DNA of 63,533 nt, counting the filler, from Atractiella rhizophila (Eukaryota): the NCBI GenBank assembly GCA_021432655.1. It is 3 parts of 2 records of this genome, joined end to end, with 100 filler letters (N's around TTAATTAATTAA, not from the genome) between each part and the next. Parts side by side here need not be neighbours in the genome. Positions count along the whole stretch, not along the records: positions 21,879 to 46,153 come from MU271370.1; positions 46,254 to 63,533 come from MU271370.1; 1 more part is not named here. One strand, 5' to 3'. Shown here in pieces: positions 36,925 through 50,900 of this stretch. Position numbers and translations under genes: made by a program. Under the pieces are notes generated by a model that was not told the origin of the DNA, did no database searches, and saw only the letters and a program-made list of their open reading frames with translations. The number at the start of each line of letters is the position of its first letter. The stretch's first letter is position 1.

Positions 36925-37234
36925 AATTGGACCGTGTCAAGGAGTTTTCGGAAGAATTAACCAAAGGTGAAGCTGGAGATGTAGGAAAATGGTTTTAATG
37001 ATGCTTTCTTTCCATTCATTTGACTTTCTGTTGCGTATTGCGTCTGAGTACCTGTTTTATCAACCAATGTAGCTTGAATCGTTAGACAATCTGCAAGTCT
37101 CTCCTTATACTCACAGTCTTGCACAGCTGCTATAATTTTACTTTACTGAGGCGAAAGACAACCAAAGTGCTTTTGAATTAAGTGATCGCATTTTGCGTTC
37201 GCCATGTCCGTTCAGCGTCGCCTTATGAGATCTC

Positions 37235-38487
37235 ATGTTCCCAACAACTCGAATGAAAGCAACAAGAAGCCGCACCATCACGCTTGAGGACGCCATTGAG
37301 CAGTCTGCACGTCGAAACTCCCAACAGATCCTGCAGAACGGTCGAATGTCTGCTGCCAAACGATTGTCCGAAGCCATGGCTGCTACCAACGGTGGGAGCT
37401 CAGCTGGGGGAGGGATCAAGGACAGGAAGCGGAAGAGGGACTTGATTGAGAAGGTGCATGAGCTGACGGAGGACATGTGCACTACGAGAGAAGAGTATGC
37501 TTTCCGTTCATCTTTGGGTGACGAGGAAAGTTGCTGAGCAGTCTGCCCCTCTGTGTTGGCATTGCTAGGCTGTACGATGACATTATGGTTGCGCTGTCAG
37601 ACGAGCAGGAAAGCCTTCTGTCTCTCCCTCCTACTAATATTGAATACCTGTTAGGTGTCCAAAAGTAAGGGGCTTTGTTTCTTTGCACGCACGCATCACT
37701 AACGTAGGAGCAAAGGTTGACCCTGCAGAGAGAAAACGATCTACTTCTCGTTCAGCTACAATATAACACGGATTTGGATACAGCGTCCGTCTTTCCCCTC
37801 CAAATGCTCTTCTGTCCCTCATGATTTTTCTGGATGGCACAGACGACTGGTGCATACAACCGCGTTGCACCAAGCAGAAGAAGAGTACGCTGCATCGAAA
37901 CGAGCGGTTGTTGAACGGCTGAAGGAGGCATGTGAGGAGAAACGACGAGCTCTAATTGAAGAGAAAGATAACCTAGGTCAGTCAACTTCGTCTGCTCATG
38001 TTCTTTCGTTGCGGCTTACGCATAAGTAGAATCCCTCTTCGATCCGACCAAAACGCACTCTACGAGGGGCGCTCGTAGACCAGCCACCGCTCTTACTTCT
38101 CCTTCTAAAGCAGCGGCCGCCATGGATATAGACGATGGCATTGTGGCCGGGGCAGGAGGGGCCGAAGAAGAAGTCGTACCTTCCGAGCTCGAGCCTCCCA
38201 ACGCCATTTCCGTATCTTCCGCACTGAGCGCCTTATTGGCTTCTCAACCCTCTGCTGGTCAGCTCCCAAGCGACGGCTTGACAGCTGCCTTTCCGTTACT
38301 CGCCAAGAGCATCTCCGTCGCTGCGAACGCGAGGCCGACGAGGGGGAGGAAGGCGAAGATCAATGGGTGGGCAGAGGGAAGTAAGAATTTGGCGGGTGCG
38401 AAGAGTGAAGAGGTGGATGGAGACCTTGGAGAGATCAGGAGGAGGAAGCCAAGGACGACGAGGGCGATGGGGCTCATGGACACTTGA
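37235..38487 (+). CDS. Sds3-like (Sin3/Rpd3 HDAC complex) coiled-coil protein, multi-exon
   Basis: KDRKRKRDLIEKVHELTEDMCTTREE|LYDDIMVALSDEQESLL, then LQRENDLLLVQLQYNT and a RRVRCIETSG/EEKRRA-like coiled segment. Family call is by resemblance only. Confidence 0.55.
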
Positions 38488-38908
38488 ATCTCTTTCCAGC
38501 AGGTTCATTTTTGTGGCGTATATCAGTCAGTCAGTTTGAATGTTATCATGTTCATTTTATTCGTGAGCACGAGCGAGACGAACACGGAGAATGATGAAAT
38601 GAAAATGAAGAGCGTATAATGTAAATGAACCAAAAGGGACTCAATCTGTTAGTTAGCAAATGGACATGCTGTGATAGAGGGATTCAAAAAGAAGAATCGA
38701 AAGCGGTTTGAAAAAGGTCGATAGGCAAGATACTGAGGAAATAAAAGATGAGATGAACGGAGTCGAGGGAATAGTTGGCTGACTGCGTGCCTGGGTCGCG
38801 GTTCTTCCCCGATGTACGTCAGGTTTTGAGATGGAATGCAGAGGTCTAATCGTGATCGAAGGATAGTGGATGGCGAGATTTAGTGGTAGATTGTGGTTTA
38901 TAAGGGAC

Positions 38909-39544
38909 CTAGTAAGGCGGTAGCCCGTACATTTCCTCTTTCGTTTGGACACCTACCCAACGACGCAAACCACGTTAAAGACTCATCCTGCCCAACGGAG
39001 CACAGAGAAATGGGAAATGGCATACCAAGCTCTTTCCTCAGCCCCTCTGTCTCTCTCAAATAAGCCTCGTATTGACCTTTATTCTCCACCTTCTCCTTTA
39101 AGCCCTCGAAAACCCTCACTGCCGTGCTGAAGTCATTCACCCTCCGACTCGCCTTCAAAGCCTCGTTCACCACCTCCAGAGCGGGGACAAGATCGTAAGA
39201 GAAACAGTTGTTTAGGCCTCGCTGAAGCTCAAAGATGTCGGTTACCGTAGAGAAGAACTGTCGAGCATCATTCACTACACTTCTGAATGGAGATAAGGTC
39301 AAGCCTGGACAAACCTGTGCATAGCGGGCGTTGAAAGCCTCATATGACTCTTCAGCATGGGAGCTCGAGAACCGTAGTCCTATCCTCTTCTGCTGGAGCA
39401 GCAGCGAAGTGGTAACTATCCAATCACCAGTCGGTCATTTCCTGACCAAAGAAACTTATTACCAAGGGGAAACTCACTAGGTTTTGATAGGGAAGGAGCT
39501 AGGGAGATTGTTCGGAATGAAGAGCGGGCGAGGAGAGAGGCCAT
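38909..39544 (-). CDS. COX6: Cytochrome c oxidase subunit VI (mammalian Va), multi-exon
   Basis: Presequence MASLLARS..., HAEESYEAFNARYAQ, DIFELQRGLNNCFSYDLVP...ALKASRRVNDFSTAVRVFEGLKEKVEN...LRKELG|VQTKEEMY. Confidence 0.93.
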
Positions 39545-39811
39545 CCCTGATATTGGACGAAAGAAAAGAGTCGAAGCTGATGTTGATTTTGAGTGAAAAG
39601 CAAAGTCGTCGTCAAAAGAAGGTTCCCCGTCACCGCCGACTGGGTGTTATCACATGACCCTTCACAATGTCACTTCACTGAAGTGATTGCTCAACTTGTG
39701 AAGCAAGTAGTGTGAAGGGTACGAACGACTCCGGTTGATGAAAAATAGAGGGCAATATGATATATACGACATAAAGGAATTAAGACCATAATGTACCAAA
39801 AATCGCTCTAA

Positions 39812-40742
39812 TTACTTTTTCTGCTCAAAATCCGCCGACCAATCATCAATCTGTCTTGTCTTCCTAAATTCCTCTGTCATCAAGTGCAAAGAGTCATGGG
39901 CCACAACTGTGCTCCCTAGGATATATCCTTTGACGTCCGTCCAACCCCAATCGGGGTTCGCAAAAGACTTTACAGGTCGCCCAAGCTCTTTGCAGGTCTC
40001 GACTTCATGGATGGAGAACTCCATGAACTTCCAGAGCTTCATAACTTCCCGAGTGCGGCTCGATAGCTTTGAGGCGCGGGTAATCCATTCGTAAGAGGAG
40101 AGGTAAAGTTGCAAGAAGGCTTTCCGATATTGTGTCAGTTCTTGGCTCGCCTCCGGGTTGTGCCAGAACTACATGGAGCACGATGAGTTGTTTCTCTGGA
40201 GCAGATATTGAAGGAAGACAGACCATAGTGGCGTCTAAATGGCAAGCCTCCTTACAAATCCCCATCCTCCGCCACGCCAACGCCAGACAATACATGGGAT
40301 CTGCATGACTTCCGGCGTTCTTGAAATCCAGCGCTTTGTGCCGATCATCGAACAAAATCGCATCTCTGAAACCCGGAAGATTGCTGGCGTAACTTAAGTC
40401 GACATCTTTCGACATGAGAACGCGCGCGACTTCGTATGTAATGACGCAGTCTTTTGTGTTTCCAAATCCTCGTGTTAGGAGAGGGTCAATCCCTCTGTTC
40501 TTTAAGCGAGTGGTCATTGCTCCTGGAGAGTTGTCAATGAACTTGCTTTTGATTTTGTCATAATATGACATTCGGCGAGACTGTGCTCTTAGAGGAATTT
40601 GTGTTGAGGGGGAGACAGGCGATGAAAGTATGGAAGTGGAGGGGTAACCGGAAAGAGATCGCGAGTAGGGAAAGGCGCGTATGAGGTGATGACTGCTAGT
40701 GGATGCATAGAAGGGTATACTCGACGTCGCTATTCGATTCAT
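39812..40742 (-). CDS. Hypothetical protein, 2 exons, with a mitochondrial-presequence-like N-terminus
   Basis: ORFs 40742..40005 and 40114..39812 join via a GTCTGT...GTAG intron (~40169-40223), giving ...HLDATM|FWHNPEASQELTQYRKAFLQLYLSS... The N-terminus is Ser/Arg-rich. Confidence 0.55.
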
Positions 40743-41459
40743 TTCGTGCGTTGCAATGCCCTAAATTTGTCAGCACTCCTGTGTTCTGAAGCTTGAGAGT
40801 AGCTTACGATGACAGAACGTTAGCAAGCTGGTTGTACACAACTCTGGGCAATGGAAGCGGGAATGGGAATTGCGGATAAACGAAAACAACTGTGTTGTTC
40901 GTGCTGAGAATTCGTTAGGAGGAGGCTAGAACTCTGGTGCCACAAAGACACTCACTAGGGAGACAGACGGCACTTGAAGGAGGTGAAGAATGGATACCAG
41001 TTCCAGCAAAACGGAAAAAATGCCACGCGGAGCCTGGCGCATCAGGTTTCCGTCCGCCAAGCAGTAAGGAGGAAGTTAGGAATGCATTCAATTATTCAGG
41101 AACAACAGGAGTAGAGCAGCGAGGAAAATTTGGGGAGCAATAATCTTTTCAAGAGAGAGTAATTTCCTGGAAGTAAGTTATGTCCATGTTCAGAAACCAC
41201 ACTGCACTTCTTGCCAATGCTATATACTCATTAATTTAATCTTATTGTTGTCAACTTGCAATCAGCTTGCAAAGTACCCAGTCTTATTGGTCGAGAGTGA
41301 GCTTTTCTGACCTGGCAGATGATCGACGAGTCGTCTTCTTCGCTTGACAAGGTAGTCGGTTTTGTGCGTGGAACAAAACTGTTTCTTTCTCCAGAGTTTC
41401 GACTAGTCGCATGTCTCGTTGGAGTCTGCGTAGTATGTCTTCCGCATCACTCGTCCCCA

Positions 41460-43319
41460 TCACGCGTCTGGAGCCTCCGAGACTGTTGACCAGTTGCTCT
41501 TGTCTTTCATCGTCCTCCTAGCTGTCTCCATGTCCTCCTCCTCCCACTCCCCAAAAAATAAACGAACAGTCAGAAGCCTCCCTCTCCGTTCTCTCCATTC
41601 TTCCTCCCCGATCATCTCTGCCGATACGTTCTCCTCATTCACTTCACCTTCCTCCCGACTCCCAAAGAACCAACGCATGAATTCTGGGAAACCGAGCCAG
41701 TCCACCAGGCAGTATTCAACGCGTATGGTTTTTATTCCTCTCGCATTTCGAAGAGTGCCGAAGAACTGTCGGTCTATAAGGTTTGAAGTTTCCTTGCCAC
41801 CGTCGACGGAGATGGTGGTGAGTCGGTTGAGGGTTGATAGCTCGAGGGGAGTGGGTAGGATGGAAACATCTCCATCAGCGGCGTAAGGTGCTAGAAGGAT
41901 CTCCAAGTGCTCTAAATATGGAGGCAGAGGGCTACTCAATATAGAGGAAGGGAGAGGACACATATAACTGAGACTCAGGTCCAGCATGCTGTCCGGTAGG
42001 TGGAGGGATGGGAGAGGCGGGTACCGCTGCAGCAATAGGATTGCGAAGCCTGGAAGCAATTGAAGGCCGCCTGATGCTGAAGGCGCAGAGGAGGAAGAAG
42101 AATCCTCCACGTCGGTTGCGCTGAGATGTCTGATCCTTCCGGTCATCCTTCGATTGAAGCCCTCCACCTCCTCTTTCCTCCATTTTCTCGAACCCATTTC
42201 AAATCTGACCTCCTTCACCCTTCTAAACGTTTCAATCATATCCAAGACCTGCCTCGCCTCCCGTTCGTTCCAAAGTGCATTGAGCGTCACTGCTGTAACA
42301 TTTGGCGAACCCGTGACGAGTTCTTTGACCATCGTAACAGTGATATCTTTTTTCAACCACAGTGACTCCCACATACGCCCTGAATCAGGATAAAGTTTCA
42401 AGCGAGCATGCTTCTCCGTCGCATAGTCAGGCTCACTCCAATAAGCAGCTGAAATATGCTTCCAGTGGTGACACACGAGAGAGAGCTCGCGCATGACGTA
42501 ATATCCTCTGTCTCTAATCTGGCTAAACGCGAGGAACTGAAAGATGCTGGAGAGAATCTCAACCGGAAGCCTGGAGATAAAACATGACGTGACGCCTGAG
42601 GTAGGAGAGAGCGAAAGTTGAATAATGCTCGTTGTTCTTTGAGGGAGAGGCGACGTTTGGTCATCAGTGATGGGGACAAACTCCCGTCCATCAGAAACAC
42701 GTAAAGCAATAGGGGCGAAGATGGCTTGAGAGCGATTATCTAAAGGAAGAGAAAACACGCGAGAGAAGCGCATTGTGTCTGGTGGTGGATGGTCCGAATC
42801 CACGCTTGCAGCTCCACGGCCGCCTTCGAAGCTTGCCACCACCTTTTCCCAATCGAGGCTGACGCAAAGATTGGCTACACCAGCGTTGTCGACTACGGTT
42901 GCAAGCGGTTCAAGCGGAAAGTCGAACAGTTTTGACGATGACTGCGGGCTTGTCCACTTCGTAGGCAAGAAAAAAGTTATACGGAGCTCGTGCATGGTTG
43001 GAGGTAGCCAGGATAGGAAAGAGGGAAGAATGCAGAGCTGGAGAGAATAACTGTGCCAGTGTAGCGATGGCGTGATGAAATTGACCAGTGCAGTAGAACT
43101 TGATACTTGAGTGTGCTGGCATACGATAGACATTTGCTGCTCCATCGTTTCCTTAACCCATAAATTGTATAAGATGGGAAGGACAGTGGTGAGAAAGATC
43201 AATCTTGCCGGCATTGTATCGTCGCAGGACAAAACTTTATTAAACCTGACCATCCTCAGAATGATGAACATCATCGAAACTGGGAACATGGCTGTGACAA
43301 AGACGACCAGAAGGGACAT
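41460..43319 (-). CDS. F-box protein with RNI/LRR-like C-terminus (true start probably internal)
   Basis: ISRLPVEILSSIFQFL...LSLVCHHWKHI F-box motif followed by LxxLxL-type repeats in a 619-aa open frame. Confidence 0.75.
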   Translation of the reverse strand: MSLLVVFVTAMFPVSMMFIILRMVRFNKVLSCDDTMPARLIFLTTVLPILYNLWVKETMEQQMSIVCQHTQVSSSTALVNFITPSLHWHSYSLQLCILPSFLSWLPPTMHELRITFFLPTKWTSPQSSSKLFDFPLEPLATVVDNAGVANLCVSLDWEKVVASFEGGRGAASVDSDHPPPDTMRFSRVFSLPLDNRSQAIFAPIALRVSDGREFVPITDDQTSPLPQRTTSIIQLSLSPTSGVTSCFISRLPVEILSSIFQFLAFSQIRDRGYYVMRELSLVCHHWKHISAAYWSEPDYATEKHARLKLYPDSGRMWESLWLKKDITVTMVKELVTGSPNVTAVTLNALWNEREARQVLDMIETFRRVKEVRFEMGSRKWRKEEVEGFNRRMTGRIRHLSATDVEDSSSSSAPSASGGLQLLPGFAILLLQRYPPLPSLHLPDSMLDLSLSYMCPLPSSILSSPLPPYLEHLEILLAPYAADGDVSILPTPLELSTLNRLTTISVDGGKETSNLIDRQFFGTLRNARGIKTIRVEYCLVDWLGFPEFMRWFFGSREEGEVNEENVSAEMIGEEEWRERRGRLLTVRLFFGEWEEEDMETARRTMKDKSNWSTVSEAPDA

Positions 43320-44090
43320 TTCTGAGGGAACGGCAGCGCAATTGGAGAGCTGTTGAGACGGTGGAAGGAGACGTCGTATATTGCACGTTCTGTTTCAGCG
43401 AGACTTCAAGCGCGTTGCTGTAGGGATACCTTGCCGATAGAAGAGATAAAGTCGCCCAACACCCGGTGCAATACCCGCGAACAATGAAGGCTCCAAATGT
43501 CTAAATAGAACCAAATGCACCTCTTGTCTCCGAAACGTCAATGTATTGTTGCACATTTAACAAGCACGTTGCTTGTTCGAGGAAAGGATCGGAGTGATGG
43601 GTCTGTTTCGAGCGTATTCAAGTTCTTTTGGATGTCGGAAGCTTGTGGACGTGAAGGGATGCGAGACTTTTCGCGCCCCGTCTCCAGAATCCTTCCCGAT
43701 GAAACCTCACGACTATCTCACTTCTTGAGAGCCGTGGGATTGAAAGGTCGCTAAGCGCTGTTTTCAATGTCTGCTGAGTTCACCTCTTGTGAGGTCTGCT
43801 GAACTTTGGTATTGTAACTCCACAATCCGGCCAGCTCCGTTCACGATCCTCCCGTCATGCAAGATTTGGACGCTTAATCCGCCTTGTGGCTTGTTCTGCT
43901 CTGGTTCATCTAAGCTGAAAGCGCTGACGGCGAGAAGTTAGACTAGTGTGACGATATGATGAGGTGAGGAGACACAGGAGGGAGATAAGAAAATAGGGCT
44001 GACGCGCGTCGCGTGAGTGTCGCATCTCCCGATCCAACTGTGATTCGAATTTCGAAAGCAGCACTGTGGTGCCTTTGGACGTAGGCCGTC

Positions 44091-46153
44091 ATGTCAGCCC
44101 CGCTCTCGCAGGAGCAGAGGGACCAACCATCCACTCTGCCAGCCACCTCTCCGCAAGTGAATACGAAGTCCCTCAGCAACCGACTCGCGGATGTTTTCGT
44201 CCGCACGTGGGATCTTGGACTCACCTCGTTTGGAGGTCCCGCGGTCCATTTTCACATCTTCCATCAGAGGTTCGTTGATGGCAGAGGCAGAAAAGAGAGA
44301 TGGGTGGATGAACAAACAGTGAGTTCCATTCCTCCGAATCACTGGGGCTGCTGTCAGCCATGCTGTATGGCTCTCGAGGCAGAGATATCTGTGGAATGGA
44401 TATTACATTCGCTCATTCGCTCAGGACGCTAAACTGAGAATTGTACCAGTACCAGGAACTCTTCGCCGTATGCCAGAGCCTCCCAGGACCCGCGAGCACC
44501 AAGATGCTCTTCTGCCTTGCATTGCAGCATGCAGGACTCATTCCGGCCATTGTCGTATTTCTGATTTGGAGGTGGGAGTTCCATNNNNNNNNNNNNNNNN
44601 NNNNNNNNNNNNNNNNNNNNNNNNNNNNNNNNNNNNNNNNNNNNNNNNNNNNNNNNNNNNNNNNNNNNNNNNNNNNNNNNNNNNNNNNNNNNNNNNNNNN
44701 NNNNNNNNNNNNNNNNNNNNNNNNNNNNNNNNNNNNNNNNNNNNNNNNNNNNNNNNNNNNNNNNNNNNNNNNNNNNNNNNNNNNNNNNNNNNNNNNNNNN
44801 NNNNNNNNNNNNNNNNNNNNNNNNNNNNNNNNNNNNNNNNNNNNNNNNNNNNNNNNNNNNNNNNNNNNNNNNNNNNNNNNNNNNNNNNNNNNNNNNNNNN
44901 NNNNNNNNNNNNNNNNNNNNNNNNNNNNNNNNNNNNNNNNNNNNNNNNNNNNNNNNNNNNNNNNNNNNNNNNNNNNNNNNNNNNNNNNNNNNNNNNNNNN
45001 NNNNNNNNNNNNNNNNNNNNNNNNNNNNNNNNNNNNNNNNNNNNNNNNNNNNNNNNNNNNNNNNNNNNNNNNNNNNNNNNNNNNNNNNNNNNNNNNNNNN
45101 NNNNNNNNNNNNNNNNNNNNNNNNNNNNNNNNNNNNNNNNNNNNNNNNNNNNNNNNNNNNNNNNNNNNNNNNNNNNNNNNNNGGGTTATGCTACAATGCA
45201 TTGTGGTACTTCCCGCTGCTCATGCTGATAGGCGGCCTCACCTCCGTCGTTTGGAACGGCTGGATGAGCCTACAAGTCGCAAAAGGGAAGGCCAGGTGGA
45301 GACGAAGAAATCAAAATGCAGACTCGACTACGGAGCAGGTGCGAGAGGACGCTGGTACGGTTGCGGTTGAGACCGTCGAGCTTGGTGCATCGGGGAGCTC
45401 GACAAAATCTACGGAAGCTTTGCCTCCCACTTCCGATCATGTAACATCAGTCATATCTTCCTACTATACAATCCCAATCAAAGTCGGGATCGCAATCATA
45501 TTCCTATTCTTCGGTACGCAGATCAAGACTAGATCTCAGAGCATCGATTGCTGACTGATTCATTCAGCTTCCCTTATTGCCATCCTAGTGACGCGAGGTT
45601 CCATCAAAAATCCTCCACTGGCTCTCGATCTCTTCGCCAACATGTATCTAGCTGGCACGATAATCTTTGGAGGTGGACCAGTCGTCATCCCCCTCCTCCG
45701 TTCCTACGTCGTTGGCCCAGGTTGGATCTCCAGCCGCGACTTCCTGCTCGGTTTAGCTCTCATCCAATCCTTCCCTGGCCCCAACTTCAACTTTGCCGTC
45801 TACCTCGGCGCGCTCGCACTACGCCATTCCCACTTCCCAACCGTATTTGGCGCCTTCCTCGGTTTCATAGGACTCTTCTTCCCCGGCCTCACATTGGCGC
45901 TCGCTGTCCAAAGTCTCTGGGGGGCGTTACGGAAGAGAAAATGGGTCGTGCACTTACTTCGGGGGGTGAACGCAACCGCGGTAGGGTTGGTCTTTACGGC
46001 GACTTACAGGCTGTGGGAGATCGGTTACCTTACGGTTGATGTCACTCAGGGACAGAGTTTGGGCGTGGAGCCGTGGTGGGTCGTCGTCGCCGTTACTACC
46101 TACGCGGAAAGTGCCTGGTTCAACATACCACCGGCCATCGCGATTGTATCTGG
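44091..46153 (+). CDS. Chromate ion transporter (CHR family, long-chain), interrupted by gaps
   Basis: LGLTSFGGPAVH, WVDEQT|YQELFAVCQSLPGPASTK, GTIIFGGGPVVIPLLRSYVV, FLLGLALIQSFPGPNFNFAVYLG, LRGVNATAVGLVF. Confidence 0.92.
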
Positions 46154-46253
46154 NNNNNNNNNNNNNNNNNNNNNNNNNNNNNNNNNNNNNNNNNNNNTTA
46201 ATTAATTAANNNNNNNNNNNNNNNNNNNNNNNNNNNNNNNNNNNNNNNNNNNN
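46154..46253. other. Artificial assembly spacer (N-run with central TTAATTAATTAA)
   Basis: Linker at 46198-46209 flanked by Ns. Confidence 0.9.
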
Positions 46254-47913
46254 TCAGCTCCATCGGCTACCTCCTCTTTCTTAATGCGTACTTTTACCTC
46301 GATCGGTTCCTCTTCTTTAGGAGAGAGAGACCGAGATTGAGAACCTTGATTGGGCAGGATTTCTAACGCCTCCCGCTTAATATAAAGGGACACTTTCACC
46401 TCATCCTCCTGAAACTGGAAGGTCGAATCCATCGGAATATGATGGCTTTTCAGTCGAGATTTGGAGGACTTGGAAGATTTCGATGATTTGATTGATTTCG
46501 ACGATTTGGTAGGTTTAGCTGGTTTGAATGTAGATGGAGAGCGAGGGCGATGATATGATTTTTGGACTTTCTTTGATCGATTACGAGAGGAATTGCCTAC
46601 TGTGGAGGCAGAGGACAACGGCTTGACGATGCTGTTCGATGCAGACTGTGAAAGTGCATTGTCTTCTTCTTGTTCGCTTTCCGAGGAAGAGTCGGACGAA
46701 ATGAGAATATATTCTTCCTATACCATCGTTTGCTTCAGCTGTTGTCTACGATTTAGCTCGGGTTGAACTATTGTTAAGCTCAATTGCATGTATCACACTT
46801 GCATTTTCTGTGGAAAATAACAAGAGGTACATGGCCATGACCTCAGCTCCGACATATAGTTGGGATAAAATTATATTATATTTCCTTTCCGACATGGGCT
46901 CTGGCGATGGCGCAACAATAATCAAAACCTTACCCTTCTTCCACCGCAGAAACAGCAACCCAATAAATAACTTGTCAACAGATGCTCCTTAGTTTGCATT
47001 GCTTTAGCGTCGCAATGTCCCAACCACGACGAAGGAAGGGTGTTGACACGTTCAACAATGCAGGTGATGCCAGCGCAATCCCTCATCATTGAAAATAAAC
47101 AATAAATGAAAGTTTATAATCAAACATCTGTTGTAGGCACTACCATGAATATGAAACACTTCCTCCTCATTCGAGTAGAATACCTTTCCGCACAGTGCAA
47201 ACTGACTCCAAAGAGAACATAACGAGCGACGTACAGTTTCCACCTTCATCCTTCTCGTCGCCAGTCCATCTTCATTCCTTAAACCAGCCCCCATTTCTGT
47301 CGCTCTGCTTCTTTGTTTCCGACCTACATCTTCAGCAGTTGGAGGAGATATTTCGCGATGTTTCCTTTTAAGTCCATGCAGCTGCCTCTGCAACCTCTCC
47401 AGCACTAGCTCGTCTTCGTCAAGATCAATCACTTCAGCTGGCGGCGTATCTGGGAGAATGTGGACTCGGGAGGTGGTCATACTGAGCATACTGCTGCGAA
47501 TAGTCTTGTTGTCGTTCGGGATGGTGGGTGTGCTTGATTGTTTCCTGACGAAGATAACCACGTGATGCCTATGGACACACAGGAATTGAAAGTGAAAGAA
47601 AGGTTGTTGTCGAAAATGTTTTCAATATTTGTTGCAGAAAGTAATAAGAAAGTTACCAAGAAAGTGGTGTGTGTCCCTACTATGACGTTTCAGCTTTACT
47701 CTTCGAAGTTCACGCTGATCTCTTATTTGCTAGTCATGATAGACCAGCCTTTCAAGCTTCCAATTACTTCTGGTGGAGGAATCTTACGATTGATTGCACT
47801 TCCGGGCTTGAAGGTTTCAGCACGGCATTGCATTTCAAGGCTTCATTGGAGCCTAGGCTGCGTTTAGGCCACTTTAGAAAGTCAAAGCACTCCCCCGAGT
47901 CTGCTATAATATG

Positions 47914-50900
47914 TAGGGATGGCTATCGAATCGAATCGAATCGGCTCAGCCCTCGTCGATTCGCGGCGGCTCTAAGCCGTAGTCGTATCGTATCGGTACC
48001 CGTACCATCAAAATCACTGTCGTTCGATATAGCTCCGACACGACATGGGCGGCCGAAGTCGATCGGTTTACGGCTCGTCTAAAGATTAATTCTGCATTGC
48101 TTTGAGGTAACTGAATGTCTGAATGTACAATGCAATATTATAAGCAAAGATACAACGTTCCAACCTAGGATGCTTCAGTCCGAGTTCGCATCTGTTTCTC
48201 CTTTTCAGCATCTTCAAGCATTTTCAACAGTTTCGTTCGTTCTCTTGCCCGATCCAATCTGAGTTTAGCCTTTGCAATGATCAAGGTCCAAATGGTAGAT
48301 GGCTTCAAGCGATGCCTTCGGATACCGATTGTATCCCTCGCACCGGAAAAAATGCGCTCAACACCAACAGCGCAACCTATAACAGTCAGGATGAGCTCAC
48401 AATCCAGTAAAGCAAAAGAGCAAGGACAAACCAGGAATGGAAAGGATATCCCTTGCCATATGAGACCATGCGGGCAATGCGACCGATTGATTCTTGTACC
48501 ACTGAAAGATGTTGGAAGAAGCAGGAAGAGGAAGTTCGGGGTGTTTCAGATAATGGTTGGCTTCTCGCATAGGTTCAATTTCTGCTGCATTTCTCGTGTC
48601 AAGGTCATCATCACTGTCGTTATAGTCAACATCGTTGAAGGCCGCATCAAGGTAAGATCCAGCAGAGCTGGGCTCGACAGAGGTGTTGGCTGGCTGAACT
48701 GGGATGTGCCGACCATACTTCGGAAAGTACTTCATTTTGAATAATTCAATCAGATTACTTTTGTGCTTCTCAATAGCAGCCTTCTCGGATGTGCTGAAGA
48801 TCGGGCGCTTGAAAAATTTTGGTCCGAGTCGAGGATCCAGAACTAGTCCCATTGATAGAAATTGTCAGCCAAACACAAACATGAGAATTAGAAGTGAGGA
48901 GGTACTTACGAGCGGCATAGATGTAGTATGGAGAATCGTCCGAATGGTAGTGGTACTCGGCAAGCTTTGTATGTGCATTAACCAGACCACTTCGGTATGC
49001 TTTGGAGAGATTGGGGGGGAAATCCTTGATTATCTTGTTCAGGTGATTGAGCAAACCGTGATACTGGAGAAGGGTGGATGAGAGGCAAGGATTCACAGTT
49101 GTTGACATCCGGATTGTCGCATCACGGAATGCCTCTAACCACTTGCAAACAATACCCACTCCTTCCCAATCAGCTTCTGACAAGCGTTCCTCTTCCGAAA
49201 ATTCATAGTGGTCTAAGTAACGGTCAATAGCAGGTCTACACTTGTTTGCCAAGTCTAGCATCTCATGAGTAGAGCCCCAACGTGTGCGGACGTCAAGGAT
49301 CAACATCCTTAGAGTAGCATCGGACATGCTCTGCACCTCAGTCAATGCCTTCTCGAGCTCCAGGAGCCAGTTGTTTCGTCGATTGGGGGAACTCCTGATA
49401 CCTCTAATTAAAGCGCGAAGCTGATGATAGAGCAATAAGCTGTACAGATTGAACTGAAAGGAATGAAAGACGTACTTTGGGAATAGCACCTCTAAGAACA
49501 TTTACCTCACCCTCCAAATACTCATCCTCTGCCCTCGCAGCATCATCATGAACTGTTCCAAGCTTCTCCGTGACGCACTCTTGATAGTTTGTTTTCCGCT
49601 TTGGCTTCTTCCCATCTTCGTCAACCTTAGCCCATACACCAAGAGAGTCGAGAAGTGCAAGAACAGCCAGGTGGATAATATGGGGAAAGCACCGAATCCG
49701 GCGTTCTTTTGCATTGAAGGGAATTTTTTGGGAAGCAAATCGCCGAGCGAGAGAGCTCATCATGCTGTCATTATTAGATGCATTATCTGAAGTGATGCAG
49801 CCTATCTGTTATCTATCCCTTAGCATGGTCCTTGCAAACTTTTATTATGGAACTGACCTTGTGAGTGATTTCAAGATTGGTAACACATCGCCATACTGCC
49901 TCTGCCATGTTCTCCCCAGTATGAGAGCCTTGGAGCTCTGTGAAGTCCAGGGCAAGTTCAACAGGCTCCCAGTCCTTGTTGATGTAAGAACCAGTAATGC
50001 ACAGAAAAGGGAATCCATTCTCCGAAGTCCAAGCATCAAGCGCAAGATTGATCGTTGTATCTGCTTCCTGCATCCCCATCAATAAGACAATTTACAATCA
50101 CTTATAGAACGTTTACCTTCATTTCCGTCTTGAGTTCCTGCATTATATCATCGCCCTTTTTCATTACTTTCTCCCTCAACTTCCTCCTCATGGGCACTTT
50201 CATATGCTTCATATCCGAGTCCGCGGAATTCATTTCTTCTTCGGTTGCTCCACCTTCATCATCGCTGTTCCAAGAAGTTCCTTTGGCAGGGATGGCTGCA
50301 TGTTCAGGTTTCATGGTGGGGTAGGTGTATTGGAGGTAGTGGAGGAGATCACGGAAGTGTGGGTCCTCCGCAAGTTGAAAGGGTTGATCTGTAGCCACAA
50401 AGAAGTCGACAAGAAGTTGGTCAAACTTCGTTTGATCAAAGGCCTGCAATGAAGAACCAAAGTCAAGAAAAGGTTTGTGCAGACTACAAAACATACCTGA
50501 TCTCCGAAACGTGCGGCCATGCCCTGCAGCTGTTCAATGATATCAAGCTGTTTCCCAGATCTTTTAGCATCCTCCTCCAAAATCTATTCACATATAAATA
50601 TCTCAAGTAGTAAGTGTAAAAGATAAAGACAAACAGGGGTATGATTCATTGCCATCTTCCGTTCGTCCTCCGTGATAGCCACCTTATCTTCATATTTCTT
50701 CCTCAGCAACTTAAAGAACCGACCAGTCTTCTTGAAATGACGCGGTGATCCGGTAAGATGGTCCTCGAGGTGCGTGAGCTTTCCATTGCTGCTTTTGGTA
50801 ATCCGGTGAGTCCAACGGCAGTGATTACACTTAACGTAGGTGGTTCCGGCTATGTGACCATTTTGCACATCAGGGTGTGCTTCCGACTTCGAGATAACTG

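Noticed and set aside
46254..47870. Lys/Ser-rich and charged ORFs left of the hAT element
   Set aside because: Low complexity, interrupted by stops, no family recognised.
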